Below, one piece after another: positions 13,906-27,780 of a DNA stretch of 64,000 nt. Position 1 is the stretch's first letter; the number at the start of each line of letters is the position of its first letter. Source of the DNA: Bigelowiella natans CCMP2755. Taxonomy: Eukaryota; Protista; Cercozoa. Location: assembly GCA_000320545.1 (NCBI GenBank), contig ADNK01000874.1, forward strand, positions 80,104 through 144,103, written 5' to 3'. The translations under genes and the position numbers were made by a program. The notes under the pieces are model-generated. The model was not told the origin of the DNA. It did no database searches and worked only from the letters and a program-made list of their open reading frames with translations.

Positions 13906-14290
13906 CTAGAGAGAGAGGGGGGGAAATGCCTGCCCTGGCCAATCTAGCTAGCTAGCAGTGCCCACACGTCTAGACAGCTAGACATGGCTAGAAGATGTGT
14001 GCATGCTAGCTAGCTAGCTTGTGCGAGCATGGAAGAGTGTGTTGTCTGTTTGCAGATTTGTGTGTGCGCGCGAACGTGAGAGAAGAGAGAAAACGCCATG
14101 CATGATTGCGCCATGCTAGCATGCATGGACACTGAATCGCACACACGTAAAGCTAGCTAGTCTAGCTAGAAGGCATTGCATAACATTTTCAATTTGGTCA
14201 CTTGTGTGCGTGCTTCGCCATCGCTAGATCGGATTGCACAAACATCGATCGCAGCTCACGTGCATGCTAGCATGACATCAGTTGATGTAG
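13495..14290. other. TpA-depleted, CTAG-rich island upstream of PPME1
   Basis: In 13495-14145 about 20 of about 24 TA dinucleotides are CTAG (many GCTAGCTAGC runs). Abundant GCATGC/TGCA. Confidence 0.85.
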
Positions 14291-14757
14291 TTGCAGTACT
14301 CCATTACTATGTGGATAGAACCAAAATGACACATTGAATGATGAACAAAGGATAGCTCCTATTTTACTGCAGTCCATGCACATTCACAAACATTTTTGCC
14401 GAACTCATTTTCACGTTGGCATTTGGAGCAGTACCTAAAAATAGAAAGAAAGAACAAATATACGAGTTTACATCGCATTTTAGGTTTAATTAAATTTCAA
14501 AGGTATGCGTAAAATTTTCATCAACAAATCTTGTTTTCACACGTTCCATTTGTATAATTAAACATATCTGGTGTAGGCCTACTGACCATGTTTTGTTGTT
14601 AGGGTCTGGTTTATCTAAAATTGTCACCAAATTTCCATTGCGAACCTAGGTATATGCATTCATTTACTGAAATCAACTCGGAGGATAAGATTCACAAACC
14701 GACTTAAACAGAAGAAGTGAAGGAAAAATATGAAGCAGAAATGACTTTTGATTGAGA

Positions 14758-16583
14758 TTAAAGTAGTGAATTCGCTGATGCAACTTCTACCATTTGAAAA
14801 AGCTTCTCGAAAAACTCCTTTACGGAGTGCGCTGCTTCGACAATTCGCTTCTTGTTTTCTGTAGTAACAATGGTAGTATTGGTATAAGTAGAAGTTATAG
14901 TAGTAGAAAGAAGTAGGAGCAAACCGATATGAAAAAAGGAAAAAAGATAACATCATGAAGGGGAACATCATCATAAGATACCATCATGATGTTCGTCCGA
15001 AAAGTAGTATACATACAAATATACAAAAACATTAATTAATATATTTATCTTATCTATCTATCTGTATGTCATAGGCAGTTAAGTATTTTACAAGACCGAA
15101 TGACATCGTATGTGTACTGGTTATTGTTGTTGAAGAGCGGTGAACATTATGCCGCATATTTGCGACAAATAGCACAAGACAGTAAAAAAAAATCATGCTT
15201 GAAGTATCTAACGAAGTACAACCAATATAATACTCTAGCTTTCGCATGGGGACAGCGGTTATAGGTTTAGTGGTAGGTGCAGCAGGTGCCCTCGATGGTG
15301 TCTAGCCATGAATAATAAAAACACATCCATCACGGTTAATGTGATGATCAGATGGAAGAGATTGTGTACGCATTCAGTGTGATAACGGTGGTGCTGCTGC
15401 AGATATCTTACACTACTCTATAATCTAAGAATTCTTGGTGACAAAATAGGAAGTAGTGGACAACAACACACCACGACTGCTACGACGAGGACAACGACAC
15501 AAAAGACAACCGACCGAACTCTTGGATTTGATGTATTGCTTTATCGCTGTAATTTTCTTGGAAAGGAGAGATGGAGATTTCAAATTACTGGTGGCCTATC
15601 GTAATTGATTCATTGATTAATTAGCTTGAGGATGAAGATTGTAGTATTGTGATGATGATGAGGAGGAGGGGGAGGAGGAAGAAGAAGAGAAACATCTTTA
15701 CAACCTGCTGCTGTTGTTGCTGCTGCAGCTTTGCTAGAAGTGCAGCTTGACGATTAGGGTAAGCACCACCATTCTTAACAATACCCCCTGCTGTCTTGTT
15801 AACTATCATGTCCAGCAGCTTATCATATCGCTCTTCCATTAGCTTCAATTGGAATTCGAACAACTAATTACCGAAGGAAAATAATTTGATATCATCTGAT
15901 GCGATTCTACCCGAACCTCAACGAAATGTTGTTGATATGTATTCGCAGCGGCAGCGGCAGCAGCCGCAACAGCAGGGGCAAGGTCATGCACGTTATAGAA
16001 GTAGCAAGCAGCAGTTGTAGTAGTAGTAGTTGTAGTAATAGTGGTATTAGCACCTTCTTTTTCGCATCAGATGCTGAGTAGAATGCCACCGGATTAAGAA
16101 CCTTTTTCTGTGTTCGATAAGTAGATTATCATTCATTACTACCTTTACGTCTACTGTGCTTCTTCTTCTTCTTCTTCTTCTTCTTCTTCTTCTTCTTCTT
16201 CCATCAAACTTACTAGGTTACGAACGTACCCTATTTGTGGCAGTGATTAGATTGTCTACAGCTTCCAACAAGAAGTCGTAATCTTTTTCCTTCGATTCTG
16301 TGCCACCACAGTGAGTGAGATATCATATCACTGTTCATGAAAATGAGGCTATTTACAACACCACAACCAACATCATCATTATTATTCTCTTTTGATCATT
16401 ATCACCTTTACACTCGCCTATCTTATCTTGAAGCTGGCTCCTAATATCGATGGTATTGTCGTTATCATTTTCGCAGCACCATCAGCAGTAGTATCATTAT
16501 TTGTAATTTGAGACAACAGCAGCAGCAGCAGCAGCAGCAGCCTTGGTGAGTCGTAGGGAGAGACTCAGCGGAGGAAGAAGAAA

Positions 16584-16616
<33 letters not shown>

Positions 16617-17601
16617 ATGTCTGATCTCCTCTTATTACTTACTACTACCAAAACAATACAATCTACTACTGGTGCTACACTTTTTTCTTATGACGACCTC
16701 AGTAGTTTGAGGTGGATGATATCATCTTCGCATTCATCGTATTTTTGCTTGTAAAACTGATGCCTAATATAAGAAAGCATTGTTTTATTCTAAGCGTTAA
16801 GGGGGGGGGGAAGAAGAAAAATGAGAGGAATGGAGAAAGAGAAAGAGAGAGGCTGCATATCAGCACGTGCTTGACAGACATATTGTCGCAGGATGCACTA
16901 CAAAGAGTAGAACCCATCGTTATATCATATCCGCAATCGTCGTCGTCGTCAACATCATCACTACTATCACAACCGCATCTCATCTTACATCTTTGATTCT
17001 CGGAGTATTCTTTCTCTCTTAAGCACTTGCTCATCAACAGATCCCGACTGAAGGTTCCGACACTTGTAGTAGTTATCATGGTTCGCATCATCGCCCCCCA
17101 CCTGCGGCAGCAGCAGCAGCAGCAGCAATATGTTCAGTCGTTGCTTTATCGATATGATGATGATGATGAAACGGCGTTGGTAGAATCAATATTCATCTAC
17201 TAATCTCCATGCGTGCATACTCCTCCTATCCTTCCTCTCCTCCTCCAAGATGTTCTTTTCTCATCACCCTGTCGCAGCATTGTTACCTTAAATCGCTGCC
17301 TGCAAGCCCAGCACCAGTGGAACTTGCAGTTGGGACATATCATATGTAGGCAGTGGTCCTCGTTTGTGACATATCGTTCGATGTAGATTCCACACTGAGA
17401 AAGATGGATAGATAGATAAATATATGATGCTGCTGCCAGTATTGTATCAACTACTACTGCTGCTGCTATTACTCCCAAATCTAATGTTTGACAGCGGCCA
17501 ACAAACACCTCCAAGGAGAAGAAAATAACGTCGTTGTAGAAGTATGGAAGAAGGCAGGAAGGATTTCTCAGTTGAGGATAACCCAAAGGTCCATCGTCAT
17601 T

Positions 17602-17635
<34 letters not shown>

Positions 17636-17872
17636 GAATCACTACTACTACTACAACTACTGCTACTATTTATTGCACCTCAGGATTAGGGCAGGGTGCT
17701 GTGTTTAATTCTTTCCAAAGTCGAGTCTGTACGTTATCATTCCCTCGATGCTCAAAATCGATTGCATTTCTGCATGGAAGCGGTTCGTGCCCTCTGTTGT
17801 TTTCCGATCGATCGATGGTAGTCATAACAACAGCAGCAGCAGCAGCAACAACATCACATTTGCTATGTATAG

Positions 17873-17909
<37 letters not shown>

Positions 17910-19218
17910 TTGGGTGATGATTACCCTAGGCCACACTTTAAACAAAAGTTGTGTCCACATTCACATTCTATACTCTTAGACTTCGAGCCGCTAACATCTG
18001 CATTAGTATCTTGGCCAAACATCTTTCTCCAGAGAAGAAGAAGAAGAAGAAGAAGAAGAAGAAGAACAATAGGAAGGTCTCTGAGAGCATATATTTTATT
18101 GAACCGAACTTCTCTTTTGCTATTATCATCATCACCATTATCATCATATCATTATCATTATCATGATCAACAACAAAACCACGCTTACATCACCATTACT
18201 TACACAACGTGCAGAGCCATGATACGTCATATGCATTGCGTACCGCTTCATTTGTCTTCTTCCACCATCTAGAGCATTTGGGGCAACTGCCAATCCCCGC
18301 ATTTCTATAAGAACGTAGTTGGTCAGTTGTTTGCGACAAGAAAACGTGTGAAATATATGATAGTGTGTGAGTGTGTGAGTGTGTGCGTTTGTGTGTGTAG
18401 CAAAAATGGGCTGTGGTGTTTCTTCTTCTGAAGAGATCAAAAGTGTGAGCACAATTGATAGAAACAACAAATGTAGTACTACTACTACACCACGCGATGA
18501 TGCAGTATCAACAAGGAGCACACCTCGAAAAGTCTTTGAAATTTTTGAGGCACAATGCGTTGAATCTATCCTTTAACTTTTGGCTGGTGATATACTTATT
18601 GAAGAGCTGGAGAGAGAGATTGTTCAGAGAAGAGTGATCTAACATTAAAACTACCTCCGCTATTTTCTGTTCTCCTCTTCCTCCTCCCCCATCTACCACC
18701 CCTTTTCTATTCTTCCTCTCTTTACACCCTTCAACATAGTTTTCTGTATCAGCTACTGCACATACTTCTCGAGGCACTCTCTCTTGGCAAAAGCACCTAG
18801 GGGTAAATACAGAAAATATTGTCATCATCATCGTCATCATCATCGACAACAGCAGCAGCAACAACAACAATGCATACACGTATGGTGTACGATGCTGCGA
18901 GAGGAGCTATTCCCATCGCGTTTGAAGTACCCTCCCCCCTCCCCCCGTCTCTCCGCTCGGTCCTTAAATACTCGACGACTATGATGACAAGTAAGTATGC
19001 ACGAAAGTACTACCCATCCTTCCAGGAATGCGAGTGCAATTTGTTGCATTTGAGATAGTTACATCGAGTTTGCAAGCATGCTATGCCAGACTTGACCTTA
19101 AGCAATCGACAGGTTGTGGTAGAAGAAGTCGTAGTAGTTAATATTTTTTGCATTGTATGATGTCGTGCGAGTAGAAACCATTCTAATAGTTAATAATTAC
19201 ATTGAACATTTCAATATC

Positions 19219-19260
<42 letters not shown>

Positions 19261-19377
19261 TCGTATTGTAACAACGTTGCAGTATCTGAAACACTTCTGA
19301 TCATCTAATCATGTTCAGGTGAGTTCCTTTCTCCCTCCCAACCCCCCCCCCCCTATCCGCTTCACTCTCTTTCCTCA

Positions 19378-19446
<69 letters not shown>

Positions 19447-19783
19447 CCTCTCTAAAATTAATTTGTAATAATTCTTTTCTTCTTCATAAATAATCCTTTG
19501 ATCATTAGCTTGGGTTATCAATAACAAATCGGCGGTCAGCAGCACCATCGCCACACCTGACTGGTGAGGAATAGATCCCAGTGTTCTTTGCATCTATTTT
19601 GACGACGACGACCAAAACAACATCAACGTCTTAACGATGGTGAACGTTCAAATATGAGGCGGAATAATAATAATGGTGATGCTGCTGATGCTGTTCATGA
19701 TTAAATGAGAATATTTCAACAGAGAGTCAAGGATGAGCACACCGCATGATAGGATAAATGATATGGGAAAATATGTTTATATT

Positions 19784-19834
<51 letters not shown>

Positions 19835-19840
19835 GATTGA

Positions 19841-19871
<31 letters not shown>

Positions 19872-20175
19872 CGTATGCAAAGTGGAGGCTTGATACATAC
19901 ACTACACACCTCCAGTGCCCACATGATGATAATGCTTCTCCATTCTTCTCCTGAAGTAAGGATTGTATTTCTACCTCTGTAACCAAAATTCTTTGGTATT
20001 ATCATCATCATCATCATCATCATCATCATGATCACCATAGTCATCGTCATTATCGTCGCCGTTGTCATCATTATCATCACTAAAATATGGTGACAAAAAC
20101 GACAAGGGGGGGGGGGGAATATCGTACATCCGTTTTGCCTTTTCTTCCGTCACATTTCGAGCATTCGAACACCTT

Positions 20176-20210
<35 letters not shown>

Positions 20211-21906
20211 GATAACAATGATTACAGCAGCAGCAGGAGCAGGCAGAAAGTAGTTAAGAGAGGAAGGAGAACAAGAATGACAAAGACCCAGTACTACTAC
20301 CTCCATTTGCACTTCAGCACTTTTTGCCTAGGAGGGGGGAGGAGGTTGTGGGTGTACCATTTTATTCATATTATCAATCTAGTCACGTCGTTGTCCGTCG
20401 TCGTTAACATTGTGGTAAAATTGATAAGTGCAGCAAGTGTTGTATATGCCGTCTTTAATGGTTGTAGATGATGGTCATACAACATCACACTATATGCTGA
20501 TATTGCTACTACTACGAACTTATCACATTAACATAAGCAAACATTACCAGTTGGATCGCTCGCAGAATATCCGGTGTCTTGTTACTGAAATGGGAGAAAG
20601 AAACACATAAGGCCTTGTCAATTTAATTTATTCTTCTTGTCTCGTCTCTGCCTTTCCCTTCCTATTTCCTTCCATTGTTTATTGCCAAATTGTTTTGTTT
20701 GTAACTCAAAGTGATATTTCTGTTTAAGAATTGAATTAAAATATCTTTATTATTAAATCACCCCTTTCCACGAAAATGGCGGATGATTCCCATTTGATTT
20801 TCCCCTTTCAAAAGCAAAAAAGTAGGTCGTTACAATTGTAGAGAAAAGACATGAATTTTGATGAGAGAAATCGGAGGGGATAATAGTGCCAGCATTGACC
20901 CTTCGCATATCAAGCAGTACTTCCTAATACCTTTTGCAATTTTTTTGAGGATGTTTTTGTATAAAGTTGATTCCGTGACCTTCTTGGTTGCCTGGTAGTC
21001 AAAATGATGAAGAAAATCGGAAAATAATAGTACGAGCATGTGCCATAATAATAACCATTCATCATCAATGTATGTATCATCCTCATTATTTGATAATGAT
21101 GCATGATTCAGTTACCACACCTTGTTGTCAGAATCATTGTTGGCAATGTAATCAACACAAATCCCATTCTTCATGGAAGAAGACGATGAACTTTCTTTGG
21201 ACTTTCCACCAGCAGTATCAATCCCTAGGAAGAAATCGGAATTAGTGACGAAGGTATGATGATAGATACCACGACTTGTTAATATAATGTCTGCCATGTT
21301 AAGAACAAGAACAGTGTCATGCTAAACCAATCTTACCGATTTCCTTGAGAAACTGGTGGATTCCCAATGTCTTCATCTCCGCTTGCACTTTCTCTAACTC
21401 CCAATTGTACCTTGAGATAGTAGCAGCGACGATGAGAAAGATGCGGATGGATGATAGGTAATAATGAACAGATTGTAGAGTCTGGGGATTGTAGTATTGA
21501 GATTATTGAAGATAACTTAAAAGCAAAGCTGTGTCAATTTGGAAGCGTTTCTAATCGTCGTCTCTCAACCTACGTCGAATTACTTTCTGAACACGATTTG
21601 GCGCTGGCCTTCTGTCAAGTCCGGTAGGATTCTAGCCCCATTTATCAATACCTGAAGGTTGATAAGTACACAGGAATCAAACATAACAGGACAAACCCGG
21701 CAACGTCGCGCAACCATAGTATATCTCATTTATATTGCCATTATATTTTTTTACGATACGATTGGTGGTGGTACATGATTTAAAATAACAACCATTTCCA
21801 TCTGTGTCAGGAGAAAATCGTCTCCCCCCTCCATACCCAGCATACTGAATCCTTCATTTGGATCAGTAGCACAGTTTGCAGACCTAGTCAATAGTAAGAG
21901 CGAGAT

Positions 21907-21939
<33 letters not shown>

Positions 21940-22420
21940 GGGTTAAAATTCTTCATAATTAAGTTTCGTGAATAGTGTCGGTACTTTTTGCTCGAAGATT
22001 TTGCTTCAGACAAACTTGGAGGCCTTATTTTCATGACAAAGTTCATGATGATGATGATGATGATGATGATTGATGATGGTGGTGATGATAATTATGATAT
22101 ATTATCATTTCGATTCGAATTTTCCTAAAAGAACGACACATGTCGCATGAATGCCACCTCTACACACACATGCACACACATACACACACACATACACATA
22201 CACATAGACATACACATGCTCATGCATACCCATTTTCATCCTCATCCTCATCCTCATCGAACCAGTCTTCTACATCCACATCAAATGCGTCTTCGTCGTC
22301 TCCTGTAATGTCGTTACATTTTATTCTTTCACACGTTTCGAGAGTACAAGAATCTACAACAACTCGCTTCGCTTTCTGTCTCCCCCCTCCCCTTCCTTCC
22401 TCCCTGTCCTCCTCGCTCAT
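14758..22420 (-). CDS. Ariadne-type RBR (RING1-IBR-RING2) E3 ubiquitin ligase, many exons
   Basis: Acidic N-terminus (DDEDAFDVDVEDWFDEDEDE); UBA-like YNWELEKVQ; RING1 fragments CLICE, CGHWRCKEHW and TRCNYLKC; IBR fragments CPKCSRW, IECECGHNFCLK and HEPLPC; RING2 TAPCPNPE|CGIYIER...HCLHMICPNCKFHWCWAC; Ariadne-domain-like FEFQLKLMEERYDKL; last exon NKKRIVEAAHSVKEFFEKLFQMVEVASANSLL*. Confidence 0.85.
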
Positions 22421-22929
22421 TGCTCGATCTTCCTCGAATCATCCTCAAAAATTATGAAAGAAAGTGAATCCAGTCGTCTGACCCATAATCGAAGGTAGAT
22501 TCTTGGAATTATTGGATCGGGTTTGTTGAGGGGCGGATGGGCTTGTTAGGAATATTCTTTGCTCGGGCTTTAAACAAGCGATAAAATCCTACCAAATGTA
22601 GGGGTTTAACCATGTGCGACACTAAAAACTACGCATTTACACTAGAACACATTTCCTTCCTGTTTTGTCGCATGGTTCAGTTCGAAGTTGAGTCAGTGGT
22701 GATTTCCCTGCTACGACATGCGTGATTTCCTTGACGGCTGAATGAACATGCCGAACAAGAAGTAGGGTATGCTCGGGTATGCATTGCAGGATCTGCAAGA
22801 TCTGCGTGCGAGGAGCACAATTCTTTTTCTCGTGAGTGTGCAGAGAGGAGATGACGAAATGAAATCCATCGTCAGACACCATTTTTTTGACAAAATTCAA
22901 TCATGCCTACCATCCCTACGAGCACGTAA

Positions 22930-23278
22930 GAAAGAATCTGCAGCAGCTGGGAAGAATGCACTGTGCGCATGTCTAGGTCTGTGGAGGTGTGTGTTTCGTG
23001 CACTGCAAGTCCAGAAGTGTCTTTTGACACTTTGGAAGTGCAGCATTGTCATTGTTCATTGTTCATTGTTCTCACGTGGTCTAGATGCGCAAAATGTGCG
23101 ACACACTGTGCACCATTGCAATGACATTGCGTCATTGCGCTAGCTGGGCTGTGCTAGCAGCGTCTTGTCATTCATGTGCCAAAGCGGCTTGTCACGTCAT
23201 TGCAACACATGTGCATGGCTAGATGGCCGGTCTGGCTGTTGCGCTAACTAGCTGCTGATCGTCACATGCTAGACACAG

Positions 23279-23315
<37 letters not shown>

Positions 23316-23373
23316 CTAGATGTGCACAGCACATCTCCACAGATCTAGACATGCATGCGATGCGCACGCGGAA
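22930..23373. other. TpA-depleted island
   Basis: Manual count: 10 TA in 444 bp (9 CTAG, 1 CTAA). Rich in TGCA/CATG/TGTG/CACA. Confidence 0.9.
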
Positions 23374-23554
23374 ATACGGGAGACTTTCAAGTCATTACAC
23401 TTCCCAACAACGAAAATGATGCATCAAAGGAGAAAATCAATGTGACACACATCATTCGATCAAGTTGATGAGCTGCTGGAATCAAATCGCGGGACATTCA
23501 CCACCGCACAGACCTCTTTGATGTCCTCTGCACTGAGGGATTTCCCTGCAGCTG

Positions 23555-26500
23555 TCACTGCCTGCCATCGAGTAACAATGCAGCCTTGAGCTTATCCCTG
23601 AGCTTGCCTTTTTGGATCATATCCGATATCATGCAGAGTTGGTCCCCGGAAGTCGCTTAATCATTGGCATGTGTTTGGTTCGATTTAGCATGCTCGCGCA
23701 GGATGGAAAAATACCTTATTTGGATACAGATGAGAAAATAAACTAAGAATGGAGAAACACAATTTTGAGCAGACATAAATTTATTTACCGGAGTAGCAAG
23801 GACTTGAGTCCCTGTATCCACACTAAACATGTAAGTCCCAGCATTGTGACAAATCTAATATTAAAATTAAAGTAAGTCAGATTCCAGACAAGGGGAAAAA
23901 AAGAGGTGTATATAATAGAGTGTGTGAGAATTGAGTGAGGACTGTCTCTAGATTACACCTGCTTGTAGTTATTCGGTTTTCTCATCTGTTGCGGTCGGGA
24001 AGTAGGAATATGGTCGCCTAAATTTCCGCTACCAGGACTAATCGTATCCCACGTGGGAGGCTCTATCCTCATTAATTCACAGCCGATGCCGGGTAATAAC
24101 TGTGACTGTCTCAATACTCGCAAAGACCTCATTGGCGCTATGTTGTAAAGCTTGTTCTGAACTGTGACAGTTGTGCCTTTTTTAAGTGACACAACTCCCA
24201 TCCCCAGTCCTCCAACAGCATATTCATATTCGTTGTAGAGCTCCGCAGATTTGATCATGTTTGGGTGACATCCTCCTTCCCAGTCAGCACTTGGCGATGC
24301 ACGCTGCTCGCATCTATGGATGACCAACTCGCACCCGGAGCCTGGGTACACGTAGTATTTTACCTTGAACGGATTTGCCCACTGCAGGAAGTTTAGCTCG
24401 TTGCTACCGTGGGGATCCACTGAAAACAACGGCGAGGGGAGAGGAAGAAAAGTAATGATATTGGTGATGACAGAGATAACAATGATGATGATGATGATGA
24501 TGATGATGATGGTGATGATAGTGTGATGGTAGCCGTTAAATCGAATTTTATTAAAATTCATTCAAAAGGATTTCTCTTTTTCGGGGAAGCAGGGTGCATC
24601 TTGCTTACTTTCTCGTGTGTAATTCATGTAGAAGGCGACGTCATCACCAAATAGCATCCCTGCAATAGCAAACATATGATACTATGCATTCTGATCGATA
24701 TGATAATTAAAGGTACCGTTCTCCACGCTGAACAGGCAATATCCGGAGTCGTATTCTGTGTAACTTGTTTCATCGAAACAAAGACCTGCTCATCACAAAC
24801 AAGAGGCGAAACATAGCTGAATTAATTAGCTGGTAATAGAACTGAGGTAGATAACGCATCACCGGAGGTATCATCTCCCGACTGGAAAAGTGGTAGCTCA
24901 TTTAGTGGGTTGCTATTCAGGTCGCGACAAGCGTCAGTGCAGTTCTGTATCAGGATATGATCTCCGCGCCTAGTCAGAGCGTAGGCGTACGATTGGCCTA
25001 AAAACCCAGCACATCAGTTTCTGTCTCAAAACAAAGACTCTCCAGTTTAATAATACACTTGCTACAGGCACATAATACGCACATACAACAAATAGTCAAC
25101 ACTACTGGGCTGTTTTCGTGTCTACTACCGGCTTGGTCATTGTAGATAAGTGCGGAGCCCCCGCGCACGGAAACTCCGCGATTGTAGGTTGAATTATCCC
25201 ATTGAGCAGGAAAACCAGGGATTTCGAGCTTGTGGGCCTGCTTTCCTTCACTAAAAAAGTAGTAGGAACCATCGTCGACGAAACGAAGGTATCCATCCAT
25301 TTGCGAGTCAATTAAGTATGCCATGCCATGGTTATCATCGCCTGCATCCAACACTTCCATCGCAAAGTTCATCTCGAAACCTCCTCCGCTTTTTTGATCA
25401 AGTCTGCCGTAGGCAACGAACTGTCTGATACGATTGGGATGATGATCTGTGCCAATCCTTCCGACCCACCCAGGAACATACAAGTCGAGGGAGATCATAC
25501 CATCAGAACCGACTGTGTGGCGAACGTTCATTTCTAGGATGGTTGTCTGGTTGCCCTTATTCGCCATTCCGCATTGTTTCATGTCCACTTTTACCGCATA
25601 ATAGTCGTTCGGATCTAGTCAGCACATGCATTCATTATTGTTGGTGATATCTAGTTGTTGAAAGCAACTTCGAATATAGATTACTACCAGAACGAGATGT
25701 AGGCTTGAAGGCATCCGAATCCCAACCTATTACGTCGAGATAAACACCAAAAAGAGAATGTCGGCGTGCGCATGTAAGGGTGGTGATGATCGCTTTCTCG
25801 CGGCACAACATGAAACTTACGTGTTAGAGAGAGAGCACACACAATCTGTTCCACATCTGTTGTGGCCGCTCTGAAACTGCTCTGGCCATCTCTCGAGGTA
25901 GAAATATCGGTTATAACATCCTAATATTTCACCAATGAGTAGAGACTTAACAACAGTATGAAGTGAAATGACCTTCTTCGCTGTGCTGTAGTGTAGATGG
26001 TCAAAATGTTGGTTGAGTAGTTTCAAATCTCGCCCTAGTGCTCGAAACGCTGCTCTGCTGCTAGATCTTTCCTCAGAACCATCCGAATTTCTAGCGGGTC
26101 GGAATGTACACAGGATGAAGAAAAGGGAGTGAAAGGATATCGTATGATATCAATTATATGGAGGTGTGAAAAAACAGCTTACAATATTATCTTCAGCGAG
26201 GATGGAACTTTCAAAACTCCTGGCGCAGGTGGAGGTGGCGATGCTCTAAAGAATTTGGCGGTTCAATTTGTATTAGACGTCGTCATGCTCACACCCTTCT
26301 CTCACTCTCTACTTTCTTTTTTAAAAACTCAGCAATTGCTTCAATAAAAGCTTGGCTCACGTTGGGGATGTCGAGTTTCCTTTTCCGATTCCTCCACCTC
26401 CAAAGATTGTATAAATGCCTATACAACCCTACCAAAATAGTTGGAATAGAATAGTTATCACCACAAGATCTGCAAGCAAGAAAATTTTTATGTCGCATGT

Positions 26501-26656
26501 ATTTTAAGGGATGACGGCTACCGCAATGAGCAAAAGCGATCCAGATACCAACAGAGAACGTTTTAAGCATGTTGACGGCGGAGACGTCTAGTGAAAAATG
26601 GAAACACATATAAATTGAGTACATAATATAGAATATAAACCTATAGTATATATACT

Positions 26657-26708
<52 letters not shown>

Positions 26709-27640
26709 TATGTTTGTGCGTGTATGTGTGTGTGTGTGTGTGTGATCTGAATTATTCAAGTCGAGAGAATGGCTCACCTCGGAGGGAAGCTTGTCCTCAA
26801 GATCAAGGCTCGCCATACGCATGTGTTTCTCAATGTACTTTCGAGGAGAAGCGCGTATGCGATTTGGAGAATACTTTAAGTTCCTTGGAGACTGTTTGTT
26901 GTGAGGGGGAATCGATAATCAATGGAGACACCTTAAAACAAATTAAGCATCGACAAACCGGAGCTAAACCAAACATCTGCCTATTCATGGACTCCTGCGA
27001 CTATTATGGTTCATTCGGGATCAGAATTAATCAAAAGGAATGGATTTTCAAGAAAATAACCTCTTCCTCAGCGTTAACATTTATCTGAACGACTTTGTTT
27101 CGGAGCAGTGTCGTTAAATTCCCAGTGGAGGATGACGGTGTAACCTCATTTAACCCATTGACTTTTCCCACTTCTTCTCCGTCTTCTTTTTCGTCAGATG
27201 GATGAGTAAGCCTCCAAGATTCGGATTTCCTCTAAGTTGACCGTAGAAATTACGTTGCCATCAGACGAGCGGAAAGAGGAAACGTGAATTTGCAAACCAA
27301 AAATTCCATAGCCAGTACTTGTCCTTTTGCCTTTCGCAGAGTTCTGTACTAATTGGATTATGGCGTCAGAATCAATCGCCTACCCGCCCTTTGTTACCCC
27401 GTTCTTTGCGGTTGAGAAAGATGACCCTCTTTAAATTAAGGTGCGGGTTAAAAAGGCAAGATGGACGCATCTTCTCAAACCGCCAGGAAACGTCGAGACA
27501 ACGCATGCAATTTGGCATTTAGATAAAAATGCATAGGAACTTGTGGGTGAGAGACATGGATTACTCGGCGAAATGCGTGTAAAAAGGCTAAGAGTCTTTA
27601 GCGAGGGCGCTAGATCTACTCGATGCGCTACCTTTTCTTG
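23555..27640 (-). CDS. Uncharacterised multi-exon protein; boundaries approximate, may be more than one gene or partly degenerate
   Basis: Protein-like exons bounded by GT/AG: about 25617-25105 (DPNDYYAVKVDMKQCG...YLRFVDDGSYYFFSEG...) and 24420-23958 (VDPHGSNELNFLQWANPFKVKYYVYPG...). Shorter exons lie near 25690-25745, 25820-25920, 25975-26090, 26320-26470, 27065-27230, 23790-23855 and 23555-23657. No recognisable family motif. Confidence 0.55.
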
Positions 27641-27780
27641 CAAAACTCCGTTTCATTCTCCGTCGGCTTCTTGTATCAATTTAGGACAAATTACCTAAAT
27701 ACAAATGCAAATTCCATTTCTCTTTTTTGGCATGTAATTCCAAACACCAAATACTAAGACTACATGATTAGTACGTAGTC

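Noticed and set aside
13495-14290. Islands as recognisable transposons (MITE/LTR/Helitron)
   Set aside because: I could not identify terminal inverted repeats, target-site duplications or transposase/RT coding remnants. CTAG is a Helitron 3' end motif, but here it is dispersed throughout.
22740-22830. CRTRSRVCSGMHCRICKICVRG on the + strand resembling a DHHC zinc finger
   Set aside because: No DHHC motif or transmembrane context. It lies at the edge of a TA-depleted island where Cys/His codons are over-produced.
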